From a virus: a DNA stretch of 64,000 nt. The notes under the pieces are model-generated. The model searched no databases and was not told the DNA's origin. It worked only from the letters and a program-made list of their open reading frames with translations. The stretch covers positions 1 to 64,000 of the IMG/VR virus record IMGVR_UViG_3300025809_002164, one strand, 5' to 3'. The translations under genes were made by a program, and so were the position numbers. Below are positions 46,836 to 56,644 of the stretch, one piece after another; the stretch's first letter is position 1, and every line of letters starts with the position of its first letter.

Positions 46836-47877
46836 TTATTGATTTTAAGTTTTTAATGAGTGCTTTGGATAGCTTTGAATTTTCTTTGAGCTTATTTGAT
46901 AGTTTAATTATCTTAGGAGTTTGGTCTAGATCTTTGATTAATGATACCTTAGATCTCCAATTTTTAAAGTCTTTCTCGCTCATGTCGCCGAAGTCATTTT
47001 TGTCGGGAAGGCATATTTTTATACTGTCTTTGTCGAAATAATTTAATAGTTTTAAATAATTTTTAATTGCAGCTTCCATTCCTCTGTTTTCTTTTTTCTC
47101 GAAATCATTATTAAAAGAAATGAATACATGCTTGAAGTTTAAATTTAATATAAAGCATAAAAGTTTTGATTGGATATCTAGGCCGAAAGAAACTAATACA
47201 TTATTAAATCCATGCTCGTTGAGGCTTAGGCAGTCACCCACACTTTCGACTATGATTACATAATCTTCTTTTACTGAGTCGAATAGAGGTCCATTTTTTG
47301 TGGGTGTGTGGGCAGGAAAAGCCCAAGAATTCTTTTTTCCTATATGTTTCCACTTAGGTCTTCCTTCCTTGCCTGACATATCTCTACCTGAAAATCCATG
47401 AATTTGACCATATTGATTGTATATTGGAAAGACAAACCTTTGGTACATCTGACCTTTGGTAGCGAGACCTCCTTTGAGTTTTTTTAAAGTCGTATCACTT
47501 ATCCCTCTATTTTGATAGAATTGATAGTGGGGCAATAATTTTGAGAGGGAGGATTCTGGGTAAATTTCCTCCATCTCTATATTCTGAATTGAGTCTTTTG
47601 ATTTCTCGGCGAGAAAGAAAACTTCGTCTTTGTTTATATATTTCGATAACTCTTTGGGGTCGTTTGTGTTTAAAGTTAGGACTAGAAGTTTCTTGAAGGC
47701 CATAAAGCTGGTACCCTTTACATAGTCTTTCCACGCTCCTGTATCTTTATATATTTGTAAGGCTGTAGGGTTATCACCGCTCCTGTAGAGGGCTGCAGAT
47801 TGCCAGTATGAGCCCTTGTCGGTGAGCCTGTACCCTAGCTCTTCTAGGATTGATTTTATTTTGGATGAACCTATCAT
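46828..47877 (-). CDS. DNA primase (DnaG-like, Toprim)
   Basis: RGIS, RFVFPI, GFSGR, PKWKH, IIVES.GD, NDFGDM. Confidence 0.85.
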   Translation of the reverse strand: MIGSSKIKSILEELGYRLTDKGSYWQSAALYRSGDNPTALQIYKDTGAWKDYVKGTSFMAFKKLLVLTLNTNDPKELSKYINKDEVFFLAEKSKDSIQNIEMEEIYPESSLSKLLPHYQFYQNRGISDTTLKKLKGGLATKGQMYQRFVFPIYNQYGQIHGFSGRDMSGKEGRPKWKHIGKKNSWAFPAHTPTKNGPLFDSVKEDYVIIVESVGDCLSLNEHGFNNVLVSFGLDIQSKLLCFILNLNFKHVFISFNNDFEKKENRGMEAAIKNYLKLLNYFDKDSIKICLPDKNDFGDMSEKDFKNWRSKVSLIKDLDQTPKIIKLSNKLKENSKLSKALIKNLKSINE

Positions 47878-49382
47878 ATGTTTGGAAGGTTATCTGTTGC
47901 TACCGACATTAATATTTCAGACTGAGCTAATTGACTATCAACTAAGTCTTGAGTGTCTCCAGCTTCAGAGACGTTAAAGTTTTTAATATCTAGGAAGACG
48001 GAATTCCTTACCAAGCTTCCGTCTTCTAGCCTTACTGAATTTAAAGCTCTAAAATACTCCTTACCTAGGTGTCTATGTTTGAAGCATGTTATCTTGTGTG
48101 TTCCAAAATCTGGAGAGTCTTGCATTTCGTCGTCAGACTTCTTCCTGAGACTCAATAGGTGAGAGCTGAACTGTATGATTCTATCAGACAATGATACTAT
48201 ACTTTCGTCTTCAACTATATTCTCTGACCTTCGGTTGCTAGTAATTCCAGAACGATTAGTTTGCACACTAGTCATCATGGCAACCACTGGCTCTCCGTCG
48301 TAAAGTATATCTTTGTGAACTAATTTTTTAAATTTGTCTACCATTTCGCCAACGACTTGCCATTCCGACTTATTTGCTAGATTTTCTGAAGTAGTCTTTA
48401 TGTAATCAAAATTAAATATTAATTGATTCCCTCTCCCTACCTTGCTGTAATAGAATCTTTTTACTAAATTCACCATTTGGTCTACGTTCATTCCTGCAAC
48501 GTTATAGTAGTGAAGATTATACTCTTTAAGTTTAGGCCAGATAGCTCTGACTCTGTCAACTATATCTTTACCCGCCATTCTCCATTGACCTGTCTCTATC
48601 AAGTGGAGCGGAACTCCAGATAGTGAGGAGCATAGCCTGCCCATTAACTCTTCTTTACTCATCTCTCCATTATCAAAATGAAGTATAGGTGTGCCTCCAT
48701 TTAGCTGTGAGGTTTTTAAACAAAAATCAATACAGAACTGAGTTTTGCCTACTCCAGACCTAGCTGTTATCGTTGTTATATTTCCGGGCCTAAGTAGTGA
48801 TCCGTATAGGTCGTGGAGTCTTTTATGTGGACCCTTGAGTCCGAAGTCTTCGACTGGATTATTTCCCCTATCCTCTACTAAGTTCTCCATATTTTCGAAT
48901 AAATCTTCAGGGTTTTCTGAGGAGTTATCATACCTATTCATTACTTCATTATAAATCTGGTCTGTAGACTCTATCAACTCTGAGAAGGATTGACCTTTTG
49001 AGCCGACGACTTTTTCAGCCATTTTCTTGGATACCGCAACGATCTCTCTCTTGGTGCTAAGATATTTAACTTCCTTAGCTACATCTATAAGAGAATCTTC
49101 GCTCGTTTTACTTAACGATAAGGATTGAACATAATCTGCGATATTTATGTTGTCTTGAAATGATATTCCTAAAGCTACTATTCTTTCGGACAGGATAACA
49201 TAGTCTATTTTACTTCCACTATTGATTGCATTTTGTATTATGCAGAAAATTGTTTTATTTACTTGAGACTTTTCAGAGTAAAAATCTTGTTCTCCAACAA
49301 ATGGAGAAATATTAATAAATGAGTCGGGGTGATTAACTAAGCCTGCAAGCAGTTGTCTTTCTAGTGGATAGGAATGCATCAT
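47874..49382 (-). CDS. dnaB: Replicative DNA helicase DnaB-like
   Basis: ARSGVGKT, EMSKEEL, FDYIK, Q.NR, S.SDRI. Confidence 0.9.
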   Translation of the reverse strand: MMHSYPLERQLLAGLVNHPDSFINISPFVGEQDFYSEKSQVNKTIFCIIQNAINSGSKIDYVILSERIVALGISFQDNINIADYVQSLSLSKTSEDSLIDVAKEVKYLSTKREIVAVSKKMAEKVVGSKGQSFSELIESTDQIYNEVMNRYDNSSENPEDLFENMENLVEDRGNNPVEDFGLKGPHKRLHDLYGSLLRPGNITTITARSGVGKTQFCIDFCLKTSQLNGGTPILHFDNGEMSKEELMGRLCSSLSGVPLHLIETGQWRMAGKDIVDRVRAIWPKLKEYNLHYYNVAGMNVDQMVNLVKRFYYSKVGRGNQLIFNFDYIKTTSENLANKSEWQVVGEMVDKFKKLVHKDILYDGEPVVAMMTSVQTNRSGITSNRRSENIVEDESIVSLSDRIIQFSSHLLSLRKKSDDEMQDSPDFGTHKITCFKHRHLGKEYFRALNSVRLEDGSLVRNSVFLDIKNFNVSEAGDTQDLVDSQLAQSEILMSVATDNLPNI

Positions 49383-49414
49383 GTTTATAAATCATAGCAC
49401 AATTAGAATAAAAG

Positions 49415-49678
49415 TCAAGAATTATCTCCATTAATATCAAAAGGGGAGTCGGCTCCCTCTATATCCATGAGGTATTTTTCTAAAGCTTTTCTTATACCCA
49501 TTTCAACTATCTGGCTGCCAGCCTTACAGAATACTACGGGACTTCCCTCTTGGTTTACGTATGCTATCAGGTAACCCTTCGATTGATCGAACGAACTTCC
49601 CGTGAATTCAAAAAGTTTCTCAAGAAAGCTTTCTGGTATTTGAAATATTGGAAACTCTTCAGGGTTTTCATCGTGCAT
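49415..49678 (-). CDS. Hypothetical protein
   Basis: 87 aa ORF upstream of helicase. Confidence 0.6.
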   Translation of the reverse strand: MHDENPEEFPIFQIPESFLEKLFEFTGSSFDQSKGYLIAYVNQEGSPVVFCKAGSQIVEMGIRKALEKYLMDIEGADSPFDINGDNS

Positions 49679-49696
49679 AGGTATTATTATACAGCA

Positions 49697-50107
49697 TTAT
49701 AGAGAAATATCAAGGTTTTTAAAAAATTCTTTAGATAATTTGTCCTTTTCGAATATTAAAATTAATTTAATATTATTTAATTCACAAAAGTCATTTTTTT
49801 GATGGTCCCTCTTTAGTTGAGCTAAGTAATTATTCTCATAACCGCCGTGAAAGAATGGAACGTATTTAGTGTGCTGCCCTCCTTGAACTTCTATAGCTAT
49901 TTTTTCATTAGCATTGTATAGATCTAGAGTCATTCTTGTTCCGGCTATAGGAAACTCTTCAAAGACTATATGACGTCTCCAGTAAGGCTCTAGAAAAGTT
50001 TTTACGGATTTCTGGAACTTGCTTCTACTTTTGCCGGTCCAATCAATTGAATACTTATGGGCCCCTATAACCTTCCTGGAAGCCCCTGTTAAAGTTTTAA
50101 ATCTCAA
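49697..50107 (-). CDS. DUF559/Vsr-like endonuclease
   Basis: EEFP...LDLY....IAIEVQGGQH...D..K..FC..NNI.L. Confidence 0.75.
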   Translation of the reverse strand: MRFKTLTGASRKVIGAHKYSIDWTGKSRSKFQKSVKTFLEPYWRRHIVFEEFPIAGTRMTLDLYNANEKIAIEVQGGQHTKYVPFFHGGYENNYLAQLKRDHQKNDFCELNNIKLILIFEKDKLSKEFFKNLDISL

Positions 50108-53100
50108 CCCTCGATTCTTTCTTCAGGCTTATAGTGTTTAAACCTTTCGTGGGTGACCGTGGAGGCTAGTAGGACTGCTGGACTTATGTTTCCCTTAGTC
50201 GACTCCTGGAAGATGTGAGACATCCACGTTTGCTCGTAGGGGTGAGCCCATTTAGTGTCGATGAACATTTTTTTATTTCCTTCCCTGCTAGTAATGTGGG
50301 GCCAATTCGCATAATATATCTCGCCGCTTAAGTATGAGAGCCCGTTAAGGACTTCTATATTTTTTAGGTTAACCCTTGGACTATTAGGGTCGAGCCCGGT
50401 AGTTGGCAGTTTATTATAGTTGGGCCACACCTCGTCCCTGATGGATTGAGGCACGTTATACCAGCTAACTTGAATATTATTATCCATGTAAACTTCCGTG
50501 TAGGATAACTTTAAGAAGTCAAACTTCTCCTTTATCATAATCTGGTGGAGCTTTTTGTATAAGTCAGGGATATATTTTTGAAAACCATTTCTACACACAC
50601 CCTCCTCTGGGTCAGATATGGTCATGTCGTCTTCGAAAAATAAATAAAAATCAGAATCGCTGGAATCAAAATGCTCTGCAGCAAACTGGCGGCCGCCACA
50701 AATTCCAGTATTCTTGTTCATTACAATATGCTCAAAGCCGTAAGCTTCACAAATAGCTTTGTTACCTTCTCGAGCTTCTTGATTTGTTGAGTTATCTATG
50801 ATTACTTTTTGGCATGGATGGGTCAGGAAACCTTCGTGTTTTTGAAGAGATTTAATTGTAGCTTCAATCTGATCTGGAAAATTAAATGTAAGAAAGTATA
50901 AATTAGTTTTAACTTTTGAAATGTCATGAACTAGGGGAGTGAATGTAGGCTTTTCAGAAATGTACTCTTCTAGTTTTATTGATCCAGTCTCGAGATCTTG
51001 TAGGAATTTAACTACAAGGCCATTACTATCAAGGGAGTATCTCTTGTAATTTTCTGGCGAAAGTTTTGCCATAATTGCAAACACACTTTCTTCAGTTCCA
51101 GCCAACCCTTCGTTGATTGATCTATCAAGTAAGCTATAATATTGAGAATTAGCCTCGCCCAAAAAATCTTTGTGTCCGCCAAATAATCCACCCCTGCACA
51201 CATAGTCAACTTTAGTGCCAGCATATCTATTGATAGCATTAAACTCAAAACCGTGAATTTCTTTTTCAGCTTCGTATGGGTAAGACAAAAAGAGGAATGG
51301 GTCTATCGCATCAACTATACCGTCTAGGTTTTTTTTGTCATAGAAATAGTTTTCATAAACAGTTTGGCTGATCCCCGCATCTAGCCAGACAAAGTAATCA
51401 GTGTCAAATGGATTCCATATCTTGGAGTCATTCAAGAAGAACATTTTGGACATGACGATAGGGTTGTAGTATTCATTTTTGCATTGTGGGCTTTCTGGTA
51501 ACCAGCCCGCTTGATTTTGCCATGTTGGATTTGTCCGAATTGATTGCCACTTATCCCAGAACGGGGCGAACATGATATTTTTTATGTCTTCCAGTTCATA
51601 AATACGAACGAAGGTATTTTCTTTTGACCTGCGCTCCCAGACAAAAGATTCTAACGATTTAGGCACCCAGAGTACCATGTTGCATGGAATCTTAAGGAAT
51701 TTATCGAAATGCTCTTTATATCTTGGCCAATCACGTCCAACGCGATTGATGTCCCATAGGCCACTGACTATGGTCATATTTTCGCTTTGACTGATTGTGG
51801 ATAATTTTTCCATTTGGTTATTTTGAGTAGAGAATTTTTGAAAGTCTAAGTTCCCTTTGTTTGAATTGTTTTTTCTAATTATTAATACATTGCCGCCATA
51901 AAAATATTCATGTTTAGATATAGATGATAAGAGCTCTTCTTTGTAATCAACAAAAACATTCGTGCCATCTCCCCCCCCGCCAATATCTTCTATTATATAA
52001 AAACCATCCTGTTTTACTCTATCAAAAAAGTTTTGGAAAGTTTTGAATTGAGCATCAGCAGTATGTAGTCCATCATCTAAAATAATATCAAAACTAACTT
52101 CAGGATAAAAAGATTTAGAAAATAAAGAATCAGCAGAACTACCTAGCTTAGTTTGAATGCGATCCTCATTAATCATGCAATCTGGGGCTACATCAATACC
52201 GTATATTTGACTATTGGGAAAATATTCTTTCCACGCCTTTAGTATAGCTGCTGGAGTATAATGTTCATAATGAGAATAAATACCGCAAAAACTAGAGGGG
52301 ATACTTGGGTCAACTGTGCCAAGCCCTATTTCTAGATAATTAATTGGCTTGTTTCTATATGAAGAAAAAATTGATTGATAAAAATGAGTATATCCAGACT
52401 TGAATTTATCACTACCATGTTTTTCTATAATTGAGCTAAGAGGCAATTCCTCGAGGTAGGTAGTTGGGTTTTCGGATGAATTTAAATGTTTTACCCATAA
52501 GGAATCTACTGCATCTATATCTTGACCGCTCACTTCATATTCGTAATTATGTGCCTCAAGTTTTTGGGTTAAAAGATGTTGCTCTTCCTTATTTAAATTC
52601 ATATATTCTAACCTAATAACCTTCGGCCTATATTTAGTTAAATCAATTTGTTTAAAAATTTCCCAATCATGACCTTCTGCATCACATATTAAAACATCAA
52701 ATTTTGAAATATTGTGTTTGGAGAGTAGGCTTAGGAAGGTAATGCCGTTGACTTCTATATTGTTAGCTAAGTTATCTTTAACATAAATATCTCTTTCGTA
52801 GTCCGTTCCAAACCCATTCTTGAGTGGATATAACGCACTCATTCCTTTATAGCCGGGATGAAGTTCGTTACTGTTTATAACTTCATTACTTACATTAAGC
52901 ATAGTTATTGGGCCATCAACTTCGGTAACCGCACTTTGCTCATAAATGTAATTAGACCTATCAGTAAAGTTGTTTTTTAACTCTTCAAATATTTCTGGTA
53001 TTGGTTCGACCAATAAAGCTGACCATTTATATTTATCTAAAAACCCCCTTGTGTCATCGAAACTAATACCATCATTGGCACCAATTTGAACAACAAAAGG

Positions 53101-53157
53101 ATCAGTATTTAAAGTCCCTAATTTGTGTAAGTATTTTGATATTAAAGGTTCATTCAT
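50104..53157 (-). CDS. Four-domain fusion: FkbM methyltransferase, sugar O-methyltransferase, HtrL/YibB-like domain, GT-A-like domain
   Basis: QIGANDG...DAEGHD; HGSDK..LEIG...DDGLH..YIIED; TIVSGLWD...SKMFFL..NPFDTDYFVWLDAG; IDNS...GICGGR..FFEDD. Confidence 0.8.
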   Translation of the reverse strand: MNEPLISKYLHKLGTLNTDPFVVQIGANDGISFDDTRGFLDKYKWSALLVEPIPEIFEELKNNFTDRSNYIYEQSAVTEVDGPITMLNVSNEVINSNELHPGYKGMSALYPLKNGFGTDYERDIYVKDNLANNIEVNGITFLSLLSKHNISKFDVLICDAEGHDWEIFKQIDLTKYRPKVIRLEYMNLNKEEQHLLTQKLEAHNYEYEVSGQDIDAVDSLWVKHLNSSENPTTYLEELPLSSIIEKHGSDKFKSGYTHFYQSIFSSYRNKPINYLEIGLGTVDPSIPSSFCGIYSHYEHYTPAAILKAWKEYFPNSQIYGIDVAPDCMINEDRIQTKLGSSADSLFSKSFYPEVSFDIILDDGLHTADAQFKTFQNFFDRVKQDGFYIIEDIGGGGDGTNVFVDYKEELLSSISKHEYFYGGNVLIIRKNNSNKGNLDFQKFSTQNNQMEKLSTISQSENMTIVSGLWDINRVGRDWPRYKEHFDKFLKIPCNMVLWVPKSLESFVWERRSKENTFVRIYELEDIKNIMFAPFWDKWQSIRTNPTWQNQAGWLPESPQCKNEYYNPIVMSKMFFLNDSKIWNPFDTDYFVWLDAGISQTVYENYFYDKKNLDGIVDAIDPFLFLSYPYEAEKEIHGFEFNAINRYAGTKVDYVCRGGLFGGHKDFLGEANSQYYSLLDRSINEGLAGTEESVFAIMAKLSPENYKRYSLDSNGLVVKFLQDLETGSIKLEEYISEKPTFTPLVHDISKVKTNLYFLTFNFPDQIEATIKSLQKHEGFLTHPCQKVIIDNSTNQEAREGNKAICEAYGFEHIVMNKNTGICGGRQFAAEHFDSSDSDFYLFFEDDMTISDPEEGVCRNGFQKYIPDLYKKLHQIMIKEKFDFLKLSYTEVYMDNNIQVSWYNVPQSIRDEVWPNYNKLPTTGLDPNSPRVNLKNIEVLNGLSYLSGEIYYANWPHITSREGNKKMFIDTKWAHPYEQTWMSHIFQESTKGNISPAVLLASTVTHERFKHYKPEERIEG

Positions 53158-53168
53158 AATTTTAATTA

Positions 53169-53822
53169 TTAAATCTTGATAAAACTACCCCAAACGCATT
53201 GGGAAAATATGTCTTCTCGAAAAGGTTCTAATTGATGATTTTCTACAGAACTAGATATTCCTTCATAAGTAGATTCACAAAAAGACCATATTTTGTTATT
53301 AATGTGAGACTCAAAGTATTCTAGTGAATGGCTGTAGTCATGACACATTATAATGTCGCCAGATTTAATATGAGGACTTAGCATGTTGAATTCATTAACT
53401 TTATTGCCACCGTCACACAAAACAAGAGTTAAACCAGTTGATTGAATATCTTTAACTAAATCCCTGAATAAATGTGCGTTCTCAGAGGAGAATACATCAT
53501 AAAGTCTAAAGTCAACATTGGTATCTTTAATTAAATCATCATGATAATGGTTTTTGCGGACATCATAACTAATTAAATGTGTTTGCAGGTCCAGCTCCTT
53601 GGTACAAAAATCTAAAAATCTGGTTAATCCGCCAGCAGCCGTGCCTATTTCAATGATGGTTTTAGGTTTTTTTTCAGATATTAAATCATATAATGCATAA
53701 AAAGCATTGGGGTGTTGCATGCAGACGATTCCATCAAAACCGCATATACCACCTCCACCTTGGCGGGTGTGTACGGTTTCTTTATTGTATTTTACTTTTT
53801 TTGTAATTTCTGGATTTTTCAT
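53169..53822 (-). CDS. CmcI-like/class I SAM methyltransferase
   Basis: KPKTIIEIGTAAGG, SYD, LCDGG, GDIIMCHD. Confidence 0.75.
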   Translation of the reverse strand: MKNPEITKKVKYNKETVHTRQGGGGICGFDGIVCMQHPNAFYALYDLISEKKPKTIIEIGTAAGGLTRFLDFCTKELDLQTHLISYDVRKNHYHDDLIKDTNVDFRLYDVFSSENAHLFRDLVKDIQSTGLTLVLCDGGNKVNEFNMLSPHIKSGDIIMCHDYSHSLEYFESHINNKIWSFCESTYEGISSSVENHQLEPFREDIFSQCVWGSFIKI

Positions 53823-54733
53823 ATATTTAAAATTTGAATTAAGGAATCTAATCGAGCTTGACCTGAAAAAGATTTAATGTAATTATATGCATTGTGGGAG
53901 ATGTGATTCAAGAATTTTAAATCATCTTTCACTTCTAAGAATTTACTAATATATTTTTCTACATATTTTGATCCACCCATGCACTCTTTACGGTGAAGAC
54001 CTTCACTTTCTATAGATATATAGTGGGTGTTTGGCACAAGATTTGGAAAATACGGGAAGCGGTATTCGGTATGTATCATTGGTAGGCCAACGGACATATA
54101 TTCTATATCTCTGTGGCAAATTTCATAACTTCCTGCAGGAATGGATAGTCCACAATTATACTGGATTATATTAGATAGATAATCTGCTATTTTCATGGGG
54201 GGATGTCGATCATTAACATGTTTGTCGTCATGTAGTAAACTTTCTGAACCCCTGCCTGTAGTACATCTAAAGTATAATTTATTAATTATATTGTCATTCA
54301 ATATTAAACATTTACGCTTGTGATAATAATAATCATAATTAGTTTTCGGACAAAAGTTAAAAACAATAAGCGGGTGTACTTGGAATTTATTGTTTTTGGG
54401 TTTGACTCCCCAATTGGCATAAATATGTGGACCTATTAGTATATCATTAGGATTATTTCTGTTTAATATGATTTTTTTATAGGCATCAGAGGGAGCTTCG
54501 GAAAATGAAATAAGCTTACATGAATCATTTGTCTTGTCTTCGATGAGCATCTCGCAATCCATAATTGCAGCATTATAATCTGAGACATTAATTAAATTAT
54601 TTGATTTTGAAATAGAGCCTAAATGTAAAGTGCAATTCATGGATTCTTTTAAGAAGAAAGCTAGCTTAATTAAAAAAAGATGTGAGCCCCAGACTGGATT
54701 AGGGTTTAGAGTTTCGTTGAAGTAAACATTCAT
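53819..54733 (-). CDS. Putative GT-B glycosyltransferase
   Basis: LYFR, GLSIP...EICHRDIEY...G.P, LVPN.HY, I..NAY. Confidence 0.55.
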   Translation of the reverse strand: MNVYFNETLNPNPVWGSHLFLIKLAFFLKESMNCTLHLGSISKSNNLINVSDYNAAIMDCEMLIEDKTNDSCKLISFSEAPSDAYKKIILNRNNPNDILIGPHIYANWGVKPKNNKFQVHPLIVFNFCPKTNYDYYYHKRKCLILNDNIINKLYFRCTTGRGSESLLHDDKHVNDRHPPMKIADYLSNIIQYNCGLSIPAGSYEICHRDIEYMSVGLPMIHTEYRFPYFPNLVPNTHYISIESEGLHRKECMGGSKYVEKYISKFLEVKDDLKFLNHISHNAYNYIKSFSGQARLDSLIQILNI

Positions 54734-55380
54734 TTGAAATTGGTAGAGTTTATAAAATCATAATCTTCTTTGTAGAAATTAAGAATAGAACTTTTTATTT
54801 TAGGGCTTATTTTCCAATTTAATTTTTCACGAGCATATTCATAAGAACCATTAAAAGGTTTGGTTTCTACGCCTGAATTATGTTTGATGATAGAATTTTT
54901 GATTGATGGATCAATTGATTTAATGGTATCGTAAATTTTTTTAAAATCTCCAAATTTATATATATTTATATTGGGATGTATGAAGTTTATCTGAGGTTTA
55001 ATATGATTATCGTGAGTGTATGGGTTTTTTTTGTATTCAATAAATGATTGAATGATAAATCTATAGAAATCATCTACCGTTTTATTATTGATTTGTGATT
55101 GCCTCATGAAAAATTCACTCACAACTCTAGCAAAAGGGTCTCTTACAATAGTGAAGGAATATGTGATATTTGTGTTAGATAAAAAATTAAATAGATCTGG
55201 ATCTTTGTTATCTCTATGCTGTAAGGAGCAGGGTTTATTTAGCTTATCGCAACCTGGCGATCTTAAATGAAAATGTAATGAATAACCATTGCTTTCGAAA
55301 AAATGTGTTATGCTTTCACCCCCGCATTTAGGAATATGAGAAAAGAATATGTTGATTTTATCTTTAGTGTAAATTGGCAT
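54730..55380 (-). CDS. Sulfotransferase family 2 protein (copy 10)
   Basis: FSHIPKCGGES, VRDPFARVVS, NHIKPQ, FYKEDY. Confidence 0.85.
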   Translation of the reverse strand: MPIYTKDKINIFFSHIPKCGGESITHFFESNGYSLHFHLRSPGCDKLNKPCSLQHRDNKDPDLFNFLSNTNITYSFTIVRDPFARVVSEFFMRQSQINNKTVDDFYRFIIQSFIEYKKNPYTHDNHIKPQINFIHPNINIYKFGDFKKIYDTIKSIDPSIKNSIIKHNSGVETKPFNGSYEYAREKLNWKISPKIKSSILNFYKEDYDFINSTNFK

Positions 55381-55381
55381 T

Positions 55382-56644
55382 TCATAAGTTTTTTTCTATT
55401 CTTTCTGCCCAGCCACGCTTTTTACTATTGGCCCAGTAAACTACACGAGCTGGCTTTTTATCAGTTAAAAACATTTCTTCGTAATGTATTGGTTTTGAAT
55501 TTTTCATGAATTGATTTAATTGTTCTCCTTCGATTGATTTAGAAAATATACCTTCTCCGTTATCGTCGTCAAATGCAACCAGAATTGATTGATAGTCATC
55601 CTTGGGCATTTCATGACGCTCAAGATTAACTAGGTGGTAAAAAGAAAACATAAAACTATCCTCCCATTCTTTATCGTTTTTATATGGATGCGGGTTGGGG
55701 GGGAAGTAGTTTTCTGCTGTATACTTTTGGAAGGATTTTTTCTTAAAATGTATACCTGCATATTTTTCATAGTCGCGTAGACTTCTTTTATTTCCTAATC
55801 CATATTCACCTAAGTCTATTCCGTTATCTTCTACTCCGATAAGCTGTCTAATTCTAGCTCTTGCAGAATCATTACCTTTCCACCACATATCTTCTCCACG
55901 TTTGCTTTGATCATCCCATACTAGTTTGCCCGCTCTTTCTTCCCTCATTGTTGCGTGCCAAATTATTACTTGGTGTGGGTGAAATAAATCATACCCATGA
56001 GTAAAGCTGCGAACACTTAAATTTAATTCTTCACCCGCAAAAAAAATATCCCTATCGTGCTTGACATCTTTAGCCCACTGATTAGTTCCGAATGCAAAGT
56101 GACCACTTAAGAATCTAGCGGGATAAGGTTTTTTTAAATCTTTCCAATCCCTAACTCCAGTAGGGCGGATAAAGATGGTGTTATGAGGGTAAAAGCATGC
56201 CGCCTCTGAAAGCCAAGGCTCTTGAACTCTTTCGTCGGGGTCATTGAATGGATTGTAGTATGGCAGGTATCCTCCTATAATTGGATTGTGACCTTCGCTC
56301 GTTAAGTCTTCGTGCCACCCAATCAGAGTGCTGTCCCAGTTTTTATTAAACCTGTGATGCGAGTCTAATTGGCAGACAAAGTCTTCATCTGTTAGGAGTT
56401 CTTCGTTGATGATTGCTCTAGCCGTAGCCAATCCTTTAGCTTCCTTATAGGGCATGTCATAAATTTTAAATCTATCATCTTTCCTGTATTCATCTAAATT
56501 ATCAAAGCCATCTTCTTCACAGAACTGCCTGCATATACCAAAGTGTATTCTCTCTGGAAATTCCGCATTTTCTAGAGCACTCTTGATGGTGGGAATCAAT
56601 TCTGGCTCTCTATAAGCTGGAAGGTGGACTAATATGGTTTTCAC
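55382..56644 (-). CDS. Skp1-hydroxyproline GlcNAc-transferase-like protein (GT60)
   Basis: PAYREPEL, G...AR, QLDSHHRF..WD, SGHF.F, FAGEE...SVR.FTHGYD.F.P, WH. Confidence 0.85.
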   Translation of the reverse strand: MKTILVHLPAYREPELIPTIKSALENAEFPERIHFGICRQFCEEDGFDNLDEYRKDDRFKIYDMPYKEAKGLATARAIINEELLTDEDFVCQLDSHHRFNKNWDSTLIGWHEDLTSEGHNPIIGGYLPYYNPFNDPDERVQEPWLSEAACFYPHNTIFIRPTGVRDWKDLKKPYPARFLSGHFAFGTNQWAKDVKHDRDIFFAGEELNLSVRSFTHGYDLFHPHQVIIWHATMREERAGKLVWDDQSKRGEDMWWKGNDSARARIRQLIGVEDNGIDLGEYGLGNKRSLRDYEKYAGIHFKKKSFQKYTAENYFPPNPHPYKNDKEWEDSFMFSFYHLVNLERHEMPKDDYQSILVAFDDDNGEGIFSKSIEGEQLNQFMKNSKPIHYEEMFLTDKKPARVVYWANSKKRGWAERIEKNL

